From Candidatus Tayloriibacteriota bacterium (lineage in GTDB: Bacteria; Patescibacteriota; Minisyncoccia; Phycocordibacterales; PALSA-1337), in contig JBAXSG010000001.1 of NCBI GenBank assembly GCA_037130865.1, positions 41,429-105,428 on the forward strand: a DNA stretch of 64,000 bases. Direction: 5' to 3'. The notes under the pieces are model-generated. The model did no database searches and was not told the origin of the DNA. It worked only from the letters and a program-made list of their open reading frames with translations. The position numbers and the translations under genes are program-made. The first letter of the stretch is position 1; each line of letters begins with the position of its first letter. Below, piece by piece: positions 28,128 to 38,986 of this stretch.

Positions 28128-29057
28128 TTATTTTTGTTTATTATGAAACTTCTTATGAATATTTTTCAATTCACTGTCGGTCACGTGCGTGTATATTTGT
28201 GTCGTGCCTATATTCGCGTGGCCAAGAAGCATTTGGACTGAACGAAGATCGGCACCATTGCGCAAAAGATCTGTAGCAAATGAGTGGCGAATAACATGGG
28301 GAGTGACTTTCTTGGAAATCCCGGCTCTGACGGCGTATTGTTTTACAATCCTCTCGACGGAACGCGAAGTAAGACGCAAAGAATCTCTATCTGTTGCAAG
28401 TTTTGTACCTGTAATCTGTATGAAGAGGGCATCGTCCATATCATCTCGCTTATCTAGATAGGATTTGAGCCATTTTTTCGACTCTTCAGAAATAAAGACA
28501 ACGCGCACTTTGTCGCCTTTTCCGCGCACAGAAAGCTCATCAAGTTTCAGATTTATATCGCGGGGCAGGGCACAAAGCTCGGAAACACGCAGTCCGGTAG
28601 AGAAAAGTAGTTCCATAAGCGTGCGGTCGCGCAAACCTCGTAGAGTAGCCGTGTCTGGAGCATCTAGTAGACGACCGAGCTCCTCCATAGTTATAAGATC
28701 AAGTGAGCGCTCTGGTATTTTCGCGAGTTCTATACGATCTGGTGACATAGACTTCACATCCATACGCGCCATGTATTTCAAAAATGCACGCAAAGCAATC
28801 ATATAGTAGTTCTGTGTCTTCCTCTTGAGTGTGGTAAGTGCTGCTCCTTTTTCTTCACGGGTTTCTTGGCGGTTCAACCAGAGACGATACTCACGAACAA
28901 CACTATCATCGATATCTTTAGGGTTTTTCACCTTCGAATGTTCTATGAAACGGCTCAAGTAGCGATCATAATTCTCAACAGTCTTCAAACTGCGGCCTTT
29001 TTCTATTTCAATGTATTCAAGAAACTGCTGTTTTAGATCTGAGATATTGTGCGACAT
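28128..29057 (-). CDS. XerC/XerD-type tyrosine recombinase
   Basis: LFSTGLRVSEL, GKGDKVR, TPHVIRHSFATDLL, LLGHANIGTTQIYTH. Confidence 0.93.
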   Translation of the reverse strand: MSHNISDLKQQFLEYIEIEKGRSLKTVENYDRYLSRFIEHSKVKNPKDIDDSVVREYRLWLNRQETREEKGAALTTLKRKTQNYYMIALRAFLKYMARMDVKSMSPDRIELAKIPERSLDLITMEELGRLLDAPDTATLRGLRDRTLMELLFSTGLRVSELCALPRDINLKLDELSVRGKGDKVRVVFISEESKKWLKSYLDKRDDMDDALFIQITGTKLATDRDSLRLTSRSVERIVKQYAVRAGISKKVTPHVIRHSFATDLLRNGADLRSVQMLLGHANIGTTQIYTHVTDSELKNIHKKFHNKQK

Positions 29058-29307
29058 GGTTATAGTGTAACAGGTGAATCATATTCATGGATACTTGACA
29101 TATATAGTATTGGATGATAGGGTATTTGAGAAAGAGAACAAGGAGGTCAATTGAACAAAGACCCGCCCGAGTAAAAGACGGCCCTCTGCGGACTGTGGGA
29201 CACCTAAAGAATGTGTTGCCACTGCTCCGCCGAGGGTCGTTTAAATTTACTGTTGTTTTTCCAACAGATTTGCATCAAAACCCTATTCGTGCTACTATAT
29301 TCGCACA

Positions 29308-29577
29308 ATGCTTACAACACGACAAAAGACGAAAGTTATCAAAGAAACAGCTATTCACGCCAAGGATACTGGTTCTTCAGAGGTTCAGGTCGCTATTTTG
29401 ACCAAAAGGATCACAGAATTGACCGATCATTTGAAGAAACACAAAAAAGATAATCATTCTCGCCGCGGTTTGCTCGGTATGGTTGCAGATCGTCAAACAC
29501 ATTTGACTTACCTCAAGAAAAACTATCCTCGTCGTTATTCTTCTATCACAAAGAAGTTGGAGCTCAGGGCTAAATAA
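29308..29577 (+). CDS. rpsO: 30S ribosomal protein S15
   Basis: [25 protein letters not shown]. Confidence 0.98.
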   Translation: MLTTRQKTKVIKETAIHAKDTGSSEVQVAILTKRITELTDHLKKHKKDNHSRRGLLGMVADRQTHLTYLKKNYPRRYSSITKKLELRAK

Positions 29578-29685
29578 TCTAATTTCCATAATAGGGTATA
29601 ATAGTAGTGTGATAAGTCATGGTCTTGTTGTGCGCATTTTAATAATAGTTAGTGTAACGGGCATTTGCCCAAAATTTTAATAAAT

Positions 29686-30207
29686 ATGTCAGTAATAAAA
29701 CATAAGGAACAGCGCGTCGGCGTTTATATCGACACGCAGAACTTGTATCATAGTGGTAAAAATCTTTATCACTCCAAGGTGAATTTCGGCGCCATTGTGA
29801 AAGATGCCGTCGATGGTCGCAGGCTAGTCCGCGCGATCGCCTACGTCATAGCCACAGAATCAGGTGATGAAAATGCCTTTTTCGACGCACTTACCAAGAC
29901 CGGTATCGAAACCAAGGTTAAGGATCTACAAATATTCGGCTCTGGTGCCAAGAAAGCCGATTGGGATGTCGGTATGGCTATAGATGCAGTGAAACTTGCA
30001 CCAAAACTCGACTCAGTTATCTTACTCACAGGTGATGGAGACTTCTGTCCACTCGTCGAGTATCTACAAATGAACCAGGGTTGTCAGGTTGAGGTTGTCT
30101 CATTTGGCAAATCCACTTCTGCCAAGCTTATCGAGGTTGCGGATCATTTCACGGACTTGGATGCTTCGCCAAATAAATATCTCTTGAGATCTGGAGGGAG
30201 AAGGTAA
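29686..30207 (+). CDS. NYN domain protein (LabA/DUF88)
   Basis: YIDTQNLY, KADWDVGMAID, LLTGDGDFCPLV. Confidence 0.9.
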   Translation: MSVIKHKEQRVGVYIDTQNLYHSGKNLYHSKVNFGAIVKDAVDGRRLVRAIAYVIATESGDENAFFDALTKTGIETKVKDLQIFGSGAKKADWDVGMAIDAVKLAPKLDSVILLTGDGDFCPLVEYLQMNQGCQVEVVSFGKSTSAKLIEVADHFTDLDASPNKYLLRSGGRR

Positions 30208-30440
30208 AACAAAACTGGTCGCGCGGATGCGACCAGTGGAAGTTGGGTCTCTTGGCCGAAGCCAGATTTATTTAATATTGGCAAAACCTGTGTCGCCATG
30301 CTACATTACTCTTATTGCTACCCAGTATTTTGAGTTTATTAATAGTTAACTTCGCCTCCAGATAGGCAGAGTTGAACGCCGCCTTTATACTTTATATGGC
30401 GCGCTCATTCAAAGCTGAAATCTGTGGGCGACATATTCGC

Positions 30441-32591
30441 ATGACAAAAAAAGAATACTCGATAGATTTCGGCGGTAAGAAGCTTACGGCTGAATTCAAC
30501 GATTTAGCAGATCAAGCCAATGGCGCGGTGATGTTGCGTTATGGCAACACAGTTATCCTCGCAACAGCTGTTATGGGTCGCCTCAAGGATGCCGACTTTT
30601 TTCCATTGACAGTGGATTATGAAGAACGCTTCTACGCAACTGGTCGTATCTTGGGATCACGCTTCGTCCGTAGAGAGGGAAGGCCTTCGACAGAAGCTAT
30701 ATTGTCCGGTCGCATCGTCGATCGCACGATTCGTCCTCTTTTCAATCAGCAGACTCGTAATGAAATACAGGTCATATTGACAACGATTTCTATCGACCAA
30801 GATGATCCAGAAGTTGTGGCTGTTATTGCGGCTTCTCTAGCACTCGGAACCTCGGATATTCCTTGGAATGGTCCGGCTTCTGCAGTCAGAATGTGCAAAA
30901 ACAACGAATGGTTAGTCAATCCTGACTTCAAAGCTCGTGAAGATGCTGGTATTTCACTCGATCTCTTGGCTTGTGGTAAGGATGGCATGATAAATATGAT
31001 CGAAGTATCCTCAAAAGAGGTTGGTGAGACATTGGTAAATGAAGGCTTGGCACTTGCTTCCGCTGAAATCGAAAAGATCCAGGCTTGGCAGAAGAAAATC
31101 ATCGCCGAGATTGGTAAAAAGAAGGCGGTTATCCAACTTCCGGAGATGACTCCTGGGACAAAAGAACTCTTCGATGCTGAGATCGCGCCATTGCTAGAAA
31201 AATACGTATTTTGCAATGAGCCTGGTAAAGAAAAAATACACGAATTGCATGATAAGTGGACTGAACTCTTCGCGGAGAAGTTTCCAGAAGGAAATGCGGC
31301 CATGGCCAATGATATTTTTGAGGAAGCTATCAATAAAACCATTCACGATGGTGCCATAGACAAAAATAAACGTGCTGATAATCGCGACTTCGACACAATC
31401 CGTCCTTTGTCAGTACAAGCCGGCGGTGTTTCTCCGGTGTTGCACGGATCTGGTATCTTCTATCGTGGTGGAACGCACGTCATGTCTGTCCTCACCCTCG
31501 GTTCTCCAGGTGATGCTCAAGTTGTAGAAGGTGTAACTGTGGCTGAAAATAAGCGTTTCATGCACCATTACAATTTTCCTCCTTTCTCAAGTGGTGAAAC
31601 AGGTAAGGTCGGCGGTGTAAATCGTCGCGCTGTAGGTCACGGCGCTCTCGCAGAGAAGGCTTTGTTCCCAGTCATTCCAGAAAAGGATAAATTCCCTTAC
31701 ACTGTACGTCTAGTATCAGAATCTTTTGCTTCAAATGGTTCAACCTCTATGGGATCTGTCTGTGGATCTACGCTCGCACTCATGGACGGCGGAGTTCCAA
31801 TAAAAGCACCTGTTGCTGGTATCGCTTCTGGTCTTATGATGCGCAGCCCGACCGAATATAAGCTCATGACCGACATACAAGGTCCAGAAGATGAACATGG
31901 TGATATGGATTTCAAGGTCGCCGGTACTCGTGAAGGTATAACTGCGGTGCAAATGGACGTGAAAGTCGGAGGTATTCCGCTCAAGATTCTCGCTGAAGCT
32001 TTCGAGAAAGCAAAAACAGCTCGCTACCAGATTATCGACGTTATAGAAAAGGAGATTGCTAAGCCTCGTGAGAAAATATCTCCAAGTGCTCCGGAAATCA
32101 TTGCAATGAAAATAACACCTGACCAGATCGGTCTAGTTATCGGTTCTGGAGGTAAGACAATCAACGAGATCCGCGATGTCACCCACGTGGAAGACATAAC
32201 TATCGAAGATGATGGCTCGGTATTCATCACTGGAAAGGCCGGATCAGCTGAAAAGGCCCGCGAAATCATATTCAATATGACTCGTGAATATATGCCTGGC
32301 GAGAAATTCGACGGCGAAGTCACTCGTCTTATGGACTTCGGTGCCTTCGTAAAGATCGGACCAAACGCAGAAGGACTTGTCCATGTTTCCGAGATTGCAC
32401 CATTCCGTGTCGAACGAGTTGCCACATATCTTATAGAAGGAATGAAAGTCCCAGTCACAGTGAAAGAAGTTGATGATAAAGGAAGAATCAATCTTTCCAT
32501 CAAGGCTGCCAATCCTACTTTCTTCACAAAGAAAGATGAATTACCTGCTCCTCCAAGACCTCCTCGTACTGATTTCAAGAAGAGATACTAG
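30441..32591 (+). CDS. pnp: polyribonucleotide nucleotidyltransferase
   Basis: FFPLTVDYEE, DRTIRPLF, HHYNFPPFS, SNGSTSMGSVC, GDMDFKVAG, KH and S1 domains. Confidence 0.98.
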   Translation: MTKKEYSIDFGGKKLTAEFNDLADQANGAVMLRYGNTVILATAVMGRLKDADFFPLTVDYEERFYATGRILGSRFVRREGRPSTEAILSGRIVDRTIRPLFNQQTRNEIQVILTTISIDQDDPEVVAVIAASLALGTSDIPWNGPASAVRMCKNNEWLVNPDFKAREDAGISLDLLACGKDGMINMIEVSSKEVGETLVNEGLALASAEIEKIQAWQKKIIAEIGKKKAVIQLPEMTPGTKELFDAEIAPLLEKYVFCNEPGKEKIHELHDKWTELFAEKFPEGNAAMANDIFEEAINKTIHDGAIDKNKRADNRDFDTIRPLSVQAGGVSPVLHGSGIFYRGGTHVMSVLTLGSPGDAQVVEGVTVAENKRFMHHYNFPPFSSGETGKVGGVNRRAVGHGALAEKALFPVIPEKDKFPYTVRLVSESFASNGSTSMGSVCGSTLALMDGGVPIKAPVAGIASGLMMRSPTEYKLMTDIQGPEDEHGDMDFKVAGTREGITAVQMDVKVGGIPLKILAEAFEKAKTARYQIIDVIEKEIAKPREKISPSAPEIIAMKITPDQIGLVIGSGGKTINEIRDVTHVEDITIEDDGSVFITGKAGSAEKAREIIFNMTREYMPGEKFDGEVTRLMDFGAFVKIGPNAEGLVHVSEIAPFRVERVATYLIEGMKVPVTVKEVDDKGRINLSIKAANPTFFTKKDELPAPPRPPRTDFKKRY

Positions 32592-32637
32592 TCAAGATAT
32601 TAGTCAATGGTCGCGCTTACGCGCTATAATATAGCCC

Positions 32638-33657
32638 ATGGATGAAGACAAAGTTCCGCAACCACCGGTTGTACCACAAACAAAACCAGTAGCACCACTC
32701 AAAACACTCCGTACTTACGAGAGTGATGTCGCTGATATTCTAGCCAAGAGAAATACTTCGGCTGTGACTATTGCTCTGGCTGAAAGCAGAAAAAGTCGTG
32801 GCGGTGAAATCATAGGGAACGGTGATAGCTTCGACTCAAGTCAGACTGGAAAAAAGATTATCGTCATAGTGATAAGTATAATTTTAGTCGTTGGTGGAGT
32901 ATTTGGAGCTTATTATCTATACAGTATAAGCCCATTAGCACCATCACCAGTGGTCTCAAAACCAGCACCTGGATATAGTTCTGTTGTACCTGTAGATTCT
33001 CAGACCGTGCTCACTGTAGACTTGGCAGCTCCATACGACATAGAAAATAAGATCAAATCTGAATTGGCAAAAAGTCAGGCACCAAAAACAATCCGAGAAC
33101 TAGTCTTGGTCGCTACAAATAATACAGACACAAAAAATCCAACCGTTGCGCGTATTCCCGCACCAGCAGTTATAACCGCCTTAAATATATCCATGCCGGA
33201 TATACTGTATCGATCTATTGCTCCAAGTTGGTTGCTTGGTATATATGCAAACGCCCTGGGACAGAAAAGTATATTCGTAGTTGTCACAAATAATTTCTTC
33301 CAAAACTCTTTCGCTGGAATGCTTCAGTGGGAAAATCTCATGGCTGATGACTTAAAAGCTTTCCTTGTACCTAGTGGTGTAAATAACATCGCCAATATAT
33401 CGAACTTCTCTAACCAACAAATCGGCACATCTACAGCAACTAGTACGGATCAATATATATCACAATATACGGTATTGCGTGGACAATTTATAGACAAAAT
33501 TATAAAGAATAAAGACATTCGTGAATTCATTGGGATCGATGGTAAGACAATCTTCTTGTATTCATTTATAGACAATAGCCGCATAATATTTACCGCTGAA
33601 GAAAGTTTGGTAACAGAGATAATCAATCGCCTTGAAAAACAGACAAATCTGCGCTAG
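32638..33657 (+). CDS. hypothetical single-TM protein
   Basis: 339-aa ORF, LRTYESDVA motif, one TM helix. Confidence 0.8.
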   Translation: MDEDKVPQPPVVPQTKPVAPLKTLRTYESDVADILAKRNTSAVTIALAESRKSRGGEIIGNGDSFDSSQTGKKIIVIVISIILVVGGVFGAYYLYSISPLAPSPVVSKPAPGYSSVVPVDSQTVLTVDLAAPYDIENKIKSELAKSQAPKTIRELVLVATNNTDTKNPTVARIPAPAVITALNISMPDILYRSIAPSWLLGIYANALGQKSIFVVVTNNFFQNSFAGMLQWENLMADDLKAFLVPSGVNNIANISNFSNQQIGTSTATSTDQYISQYTVLRGQFIDKIIKNKDIREFIGIDGKTIFLYSFIDNSRIIFTAEESLVTEIINRLEKQTNLR

Positions 33658-33669
33658 ACTGGGGTTGTT

Positions 33670-34035
33670 ATGAATACAAAAGATATAAAATATTTTGAGG
33701 AAAAACTCAATGCTGAGAGAATTGAACTTGAAGAAGAACTCGGTGAAATAGCAAAAAAAGACACTCACAATCGTGGTGGTTGGGAACCTACGGCTGGTAA
33801 CATGGAAGTAGACAACGCCGATGAGAACGAAGTTGCTGACAAATTTGAAGAAATAGAAGAGAACACCATCATTGCAAACCAGCTCGAGAACCAGCTGATA
33901 GAGGTTAAGGCTGCTTTGGATCGTATAAAGACTGGCAAATTCGGCCTCTGTGAGAAATGCGGCAAACCTATAGAAGCCGGTCGTCTTGAAGCCAATCCTT
34001 CTGCTAGATTATCTATCAAACACGAGCACAACTAG
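33670..34035 (+). CDS. DksA/TraR family protein
   Basis: Coiled coil with ADENEVAD, then ALDRIKTGKFGLCEKCGKPIEAGRLEANP. Confidence 0.88.
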   Translation: MNTKDIKYFEEKLNAERIELEEELGEIAKKDTHNRGGWEPTAGNMEVDNADENEVADKFEEIEENTIIANQLENQLIEVKAALDRIKTGKFGLCEKCGKPIEAGRLEANPSARLSIKHEHN

Positions 34036-34134
34036 GGTTTTTTGAGCAATATTTGAACAATACTTGAGAACTTCTTGAGTATTTCTTCATAACTTTTTCA
34101 TCAGAATTTTATCACATCGCTGTATGATGCTTGT

Positions 34135-35685
34135 ATGAGCATTGCTCAATCATATAGCGCACAACTAGTTGGTCTAGATGCTGAAATAATAACTATCGAG
34201 GTAGATATCTCAAATGGTCTACACTCTTTTTCTGTTATTGGACTCGGTGATCGCTCAGTAGAAGAGTCGAAAGATAGAGTTTCGGCTGCAATAAAAAATA
34301 CTGGTTATACATCTCCTAAACAAAAGAATCAAAAACTGGTTGTTTCTCTGGCGCCAGCCGATGTCCGAAAAGAGGGGCCAGCTTTTGACCTAGCTATTGC
34401 GATCGGTTATCTGGTTGCATCATCGGAAATAGAGTGTGGTCCAAAATACGAAGTGACAAAAAACATATTTCTCGGCGAGCTTTCCTTGGAGGGAAATATC
34501 CGTCGAGTCAGCGGTATCCTGCCTATGCTTTTTTGTGCTCTAAGAAATGGCTTCGGACATGCTTTCATACCAGCAGAAAATGCTCGTGAAGCTTCGTTAG
34601 TACAGGGTATAGATGTGTATGCAGTTTCTACACTGGCAGAGGTGATAGGTCATATAACTGGAAAAAAGACGCTGCAAAAGATTTGTATGGATGATCTTTT
34701 CTCTCAGACCATCTTATTCCAAGACAAATCTACACATCCGGACATATCATTGGTCCGAGGCAATGAAGTCGCAAAAAGAGGATTGGAAATAGCGGCCGCC
34801 GGTGGGCACAATATGCTTATGTATGGATTGCCGGGTACTGGTAAAACTATGCTAGCTCAAAGTCTTCCAACTATATTACCTCCACTTTCTTATGAACAAT
34901 CAATCGAGGTAACAAGTATACATTCGGCGGCGCGCGCCCTAACGTCTGAGTTCATAACCACACCGCCATTTCGCGCGCCGCACCATACCGCCTCTCATAT
35001 CTCTATTATTGGCGGTGGCACTTTTCCAAAACCTGGAGAAATAACTTTGGCCCATCGTGGTGTCATTTTTCTAGACGAATTCCCAGAATTTGACCGACAA
35101 ACTATCGAAGCATTGCGACAACCACTCGAGGAAAGACGAATCACGGTGTCTAGAGCAAAAGGAAGTCTGACATTTCCTGCACAGACTATTTTATTGGCTG
35201 CGATGAACTCTTGTCCTTGTGGAAAACCGAAAAAGAAAGGCTGTATGTGTAGTGAATCAATGATCAGAAACTATTGGCGCAAAATATCTGGACCGATTAT
35301 GGACCGTATCGACATTTGGGTGCACATAGACTCTGTAGAATACAAAAAGTTGTCCGCTCCACCAGAAGAACATAGATGGAGCTCAGCAATCATGGCTGCG
35401 AGAGTACGCAAAGCGCGTGCAAAACAACAAGAACGCTTCAAACAGATCGGCCGACCAATCTATTTCAATAGCGAGATGGGTGCTGCTGATATTGAAAAAG
35501 TCATCGTTATGGATGATCGCGCACGATTTGCATTGGAGACTTCAGCACGTAAGTTCAATCTCTCTGGCCGCGCCTTTCACCGCATAATAAAAGTCGCCAG
35601 GACCATCGCTGATCTGGACGATATAGAAATAATCACACAAAAACAAATACTGGAGGCATTACAATTCAGAAAAAAGAGTACTTAG
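34135..35685 (+). CDS. comM: ComM/YifB Mg-chelatase-like AAA+ ATPase
   Basis: LAPADVRKEGPAFDL, AAAGGHN, PGTGKTMLA, PFRAPHHT, PGEITLAHRGVIFLDEFPEF. Confidence 0.93.
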   Translation: MSIAQSYSAQLVGLDAEIITIEVDISNGLHSFSVIGLGDRSVEESKDRVSAAIKNTGYTSPKQKNQKLVVSLAPADVRKEGPAFDLAIAIGYLVASSEIECGPKYEVTKNIFLGELSLEGNIRRVSGILPMLFCALRNGFGHAFIPAENAREASLVQGIDVYAVSTLAEVIGHITGKKTLQKICMDDLFSQTILFQDKSTHPDISLVRGNEVAKRGLEIAAAGGHNMLMYGLPGTGKTMLAQSLPTILPPLSYEQSIEVTSIHSAARALTSEFITTPPFRAPHHTASHISIIGGGTFPKPGEITLAHRGVIFLDEFPEFDRQTIEALRQPLEERRITVSRAKGSLTFPAQTILLAAMNSCPCGKPKKKGCMCSESMIRNYWRKISGPIMDRIDIWVHIDSVEYKKLSAPPEEHRWSSAIMAARVRKARAKQQERFKQIGRPIYFNSEMGAADIEKVIVMDDRARFALETSARKFNLSGRAFHRIIKVARTIADLDDIEIITQKQILEALQFRKKST

Positions 35686-36743
35686 AAAGGATTTCGTGCG
35701 CCACGAATCTCGAAGTGCACATGAGGTCCGGTAGATTCACCAGTGGAACCTAGTAGGGCAATCGTCTGACCTTGCGCTACATACTGACCAGCAGAGACAA
35801 GCACCTTGGAGGCGTGTCCGTACAGTGTTTGTGTTCCATTATTATGAGAAATGATGACAAAACTACCATAACCACCGTTCCATCCACCTGTTCTGGCAAC
35901 GATTACAGTTCCTGCGGCAGAAGCGTATATTGGAGTACCTGTCCTATCAGCCAAATCAATCGCATTGTAACCATGTAGACCTTGAGTTCTACGACCACCA
36001 TCGATAGGACGAATATAATAACCTGGATACATTGGTCCATTTGTATCATGTGCTGGGTTATTTCCAACAATAATCTTTATGGGAACAGATATGATTATTT
36101 CAGCGTTCGGTATGATGATCGTATCTCCAACGGCTAGAGTGGAAGTTAAAGAAATATCATTGTAAGCAAGCACATCACCGATATCTGCTTTATATTTCTT
36201 AACGATAGCTTGTATAGTATCGCCTTTTTTCACTGTGTAATTGATTCCGGATATAGGAAGAATGACAAGAGTATCTCCTACATGCAAAGCTGATTTGCTA
36301 TTTATGTTGTTGGCCCACAAAACAGTACTTACTGACACGCCAAACATCTTCGCAACACTAGAAACAGTGTCACCACTCTGAACAACATAGGTGCTGATCT
36401 GTGTATTTATCGGTGTGTCTGAACTTGTATCATTTGTCATGGCGATATCTGCTACAAGTGTCTCTCCGGAACCTATAGGGGAGATCTCGCCGGCTTTATC
36501 AGGATTTGGGTCTATATTGTTTGCGGCTTGAAGCAAAGCTATGTTCTGTGAGTTAGAAGATGAGGCAAATCGGTCCAATTTTGCTGAAACTGGCTGATTC
36601 CAAAGTGATGCCAAAAAAGAAAAAAGACTGGCATTGGCAGTCTTGGTTTGCAGTATGGCAGGTAAACTTATCGCTATGATAAGTGTAATGGTCCAGACGA
36701 AGAAACGCTTATTTGTTTCAGGATTATAGTGTGAATTTTTCAT
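35682..36743 (-). CDS. LysM-M23 peptidoglycan endopeptidase
   Basis: Two LysM repeats (YVVQSGDT, YTVKKGDT); HGYNAIDL, YGH, STGPHVHFE. Confidence 0.92.
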   Translation of the reverse strand: MKNSHYNPETNKRFFVWTITLIIAISLPAILQTKTANASLFSFLASLWNQPVSAKLDRFASSSNSQNIALLQAANNIDPNPDKAGEISPIGSGETLVADIAMTNDTSSDTPINTQISTYVVQSGDTVSSVAKMFGVSVSTVLWANNINSKSALHVGDTLVILPISGINYTVKKGDTIQAIVKKYKADIGDVLAYNDISLTSTLAVGDTIIIPNAEIIISVPIKIIVGNNPAHDTNGPMYPGYYIRPIDGGRRTQGLHGYNAIDLADRTGTPIYASAAGTVIVARTGGWNGGYGSFVIISHNNGTQTLYGHASKVLVSAGQYVAQGQTIALLGSTGESTGPHVHFEIRGARNPF

Positions 36744-36964
36744 TATGAATATCTCTCTTCTGAAATGTTACCTCTTGACTCATATGGCTCTGTTGAGCCA
36801 TTATTCTGACATCAAATTCGGAGTAACCTTAACAGAGTAGCAGGGTGACAGCCATTGTCAATGACCCATATACACAAGATGTGCACAGCCATATAAGTTG
36901 ACTGAATGTCAAAATATATTATGTTTTATAACATCTGACGCCTTCTGCATGCTAATATATCCGC

Positions 36965-38965
36965 ATGCTCAATGACGCTCAACAAAAAGCTGTGGAGACG
37001 ACCAATGGTCCTCTGCTTATTATCGCCGGAGCCGGATCGGGGAAGACTAAAGTCATAACACATCGTATTTTAGGCCTTATTAAGAAGGGTGTGGCGCCGC
37101 ATTCTATACTGGCCATAACTTTCACGAACAAAGCCGCAAATGAGATGAAAGATCGAGTCGGCGCACTCTTATCTGAAGATAAGTCTCTAAATAGGCCTAT
37201 TTCCATAAGCACGGATTGGCGCGAGAGGCCCTTTGTGAGCACATTTCACGCACTCGGTGTGCATATCATCCGCGAAAATGCGCAACTCCTCGGGCTAACA
37301 AGACATTTCACAATATATGATCGAGGAGATTCGAGGCGTGCAGTGAAAGAAGCTATGGCGCAGTGTTCTCTGGACCCGAAAGCACATGATCCTGGAACTA
37401 TTTTGAACATGATATCGCGCGCAAAGGGTGATGGTATGAACCGATTGGAGTATTTCGACCGCGCAAAAGGCTATATCGAAGAGATGGTCGCCAATATCTG
37501 GGAAAAATACGACGCCATATTGGCAAAAGAGAAGTCACTGGACTTCGATGATCTACTTTTGAAGACGGCCTTGTTGCTAGAAAAATATCCTGATGTGAAA
37601 AATCACTATGCGGAGATCTGGAAATACATCCATATCGATGAATATCAAGATACCAACCGCGTCCAGTACAAGATTGCGCGTGCGCTTGCAGAAAAAAGCA
37701 GAAATATTTGCGTGGTGGGCGATGTCGACCAGAATATTTACTCTTGGAGAGGTGCGACTATAGAAAATATTCTGAATTTCGAGAAAGATTATCCGGAAGC
37801 AACGGTTGTCACGCTGGAAAAGAACTATAGATCTACAAAAACGATCTTAGCGGCGGCAAATTCTGTGATTTTGAAGAATAGAATGCGACGAGACAAGACT
37901 TTATTCACCGACAATGAGCATGGCGAGAAGATTGCGCTCATTGTTTCATACAGTGAAACCGAAGAAGCTCGTGCTATCGCCGACAAATCGCGTGAACTTA
38001 TATCCGCTGGTACTTCACCTAGTGAGATTGCTGTCTTGTACCGTGCAAATTTCCAATCACGTGTGCTCGAAGATTCATTTATAAAAAAACAAATACCATA
38101 TCAGTTGCTCGGCGTGAAATTCTTCGAAAGAAAAGAGGTGAAAGATGTTATATCTTATGTTCGCGCAGCATTGAACCGAGATAGTTGGGGTGACATCGCG
38201 CGTATCATAAATATTCCGCCACGCGGAATAGGGAAGGTGACATTGGCGAAGATTTTGTCAGGGGCGCCGACCGAAGGTGCTGTACAAGCAAAGCTATCTG
38301 GATTCTGGAAACTGCTGGATGATATAAAAGCAGAAATAGCTGAAAAAGGCCCAAGTGAAGCCGTAAAATTCGTAATCCAAGAAACGGGAATTGAGCGTAT
38401 GTATCGCGAAGGAGTAGGGGATGACGAAGAACGTTTGCTCAACGTGCGCGAATTGGTAACCGTCGCGGCACAATATGATTCACTGAAAAGCGAAAAGCGC
38501 AAGACGCAAGGCGCAAGTGAGTCGCAAGACGAAAAATCCGACGAAAATTTAACGGAAAATCGCGCCATCGAGGCCTTCCTAGAAAATGCAGCACTCGCAA
38601 CTGATCAAGATGAACTGGAGAAAAAAGAAGACGCGGTGAAACTCATGACTGTGCACGCCGCCAAGGGTTTGGAATTTGAATATGTATTCATCGCGGGTCT
38701 TGAGCAGGATCTTTTTCCATTTAAACATATGAATGACGCCGAGATTGACCAAGCTGGTGAAGAAGAGGAGCGTCGTCTGTTCTATGTAGCTCTCACGCGT
38801 GCGAAAAAGAAACTTTTTTTGAGTAATGCCATCATCCGTACAGTCTATGGAGCACAAAGAGTGTGTGCGCCATCGGAATTCATTGCGGACATAGAGAAAA
38901 CTCTGATCGAAGAGTCTGTGCCAGAGAAACCAAGTGGTGCCAAGGCGATATTTATTGATTTTTAA
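36965..38965 (+). CDS. pcrA: UvrD/PcrA helicase
   Basis: AGAGSGKT, IDEYQDTN, NYRST, MTVHAAKGLEF, EEERRLFYVALTRA. Confidence 0.95.
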   Translation: MLNDAQQKAVETTNGPLLIIAGAGSGKTKVITHRILGLIKKGVAPHSILAITFTNKAANEMKDRVGALLSEDKSLNRPISISTDWRERPFVSTFHALGVHIIRENAQLLGLTRHFTIYDRGDSRRAVKEAMAQCSLDPKAHDPGTILNMISRAKGDGMNRLEYFDRAKGYIEEMVANIWEKYDAILAKEKSLDFDDLLLKTALLLEKYPDVKNHYAEIWKYIHIDEYQDTNRVQYKIARALAEKSRNICVVGDVDQNIYSWRGATIENILNFEKDYPEATVVTLEKNYRSTKTILAAANSVILKNRMRRDKTLFTDNEHGEKIALIVSYSETEEARAIADKSRELISAGTSPSEIAVLYRANFQSRVLEDSFIKKQIPYQLLGVKFFERKEVKDVISYVRAALNRDSWGDIARIINIPPRGIGKVTLAKILSGAPTEGAVQAKLSGFWKLLDDIKAEIAEKGPSEAVKFVIQETGIERMYREGVGDDEERLLNVRELVTVAAQYDSLKSEKRKTQGASESQDEKSDENLTENRAIEAFLENAALATDQDELEKKEDAVKLMTVHAAKGLEFEYVFIAGLEQDLFPFKHMNDAEIDQAGEEEERRLFYVALTRAKKKLFLSNAIIRTVYGAQRVCAPSEFIADIEKTLIEESVPEKPSGAKAIFIDF

Positions 38966-38986
38966 GAATTCGTGTATGATGTAGAA

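Noticed and set aside
28128-29057. Prophage or ICE integrase
   Set aside because: Housekeeping Xer-like size and motifs, flanked by xth and rpsO, with no phage genes.
30746-32578. Long antisense ORFs opposite pnp (likewise opposite rny, virB4, pcrA)
   Set aside because: Shadow ORFs from codon bias of well-identified sense genes; no motifs.
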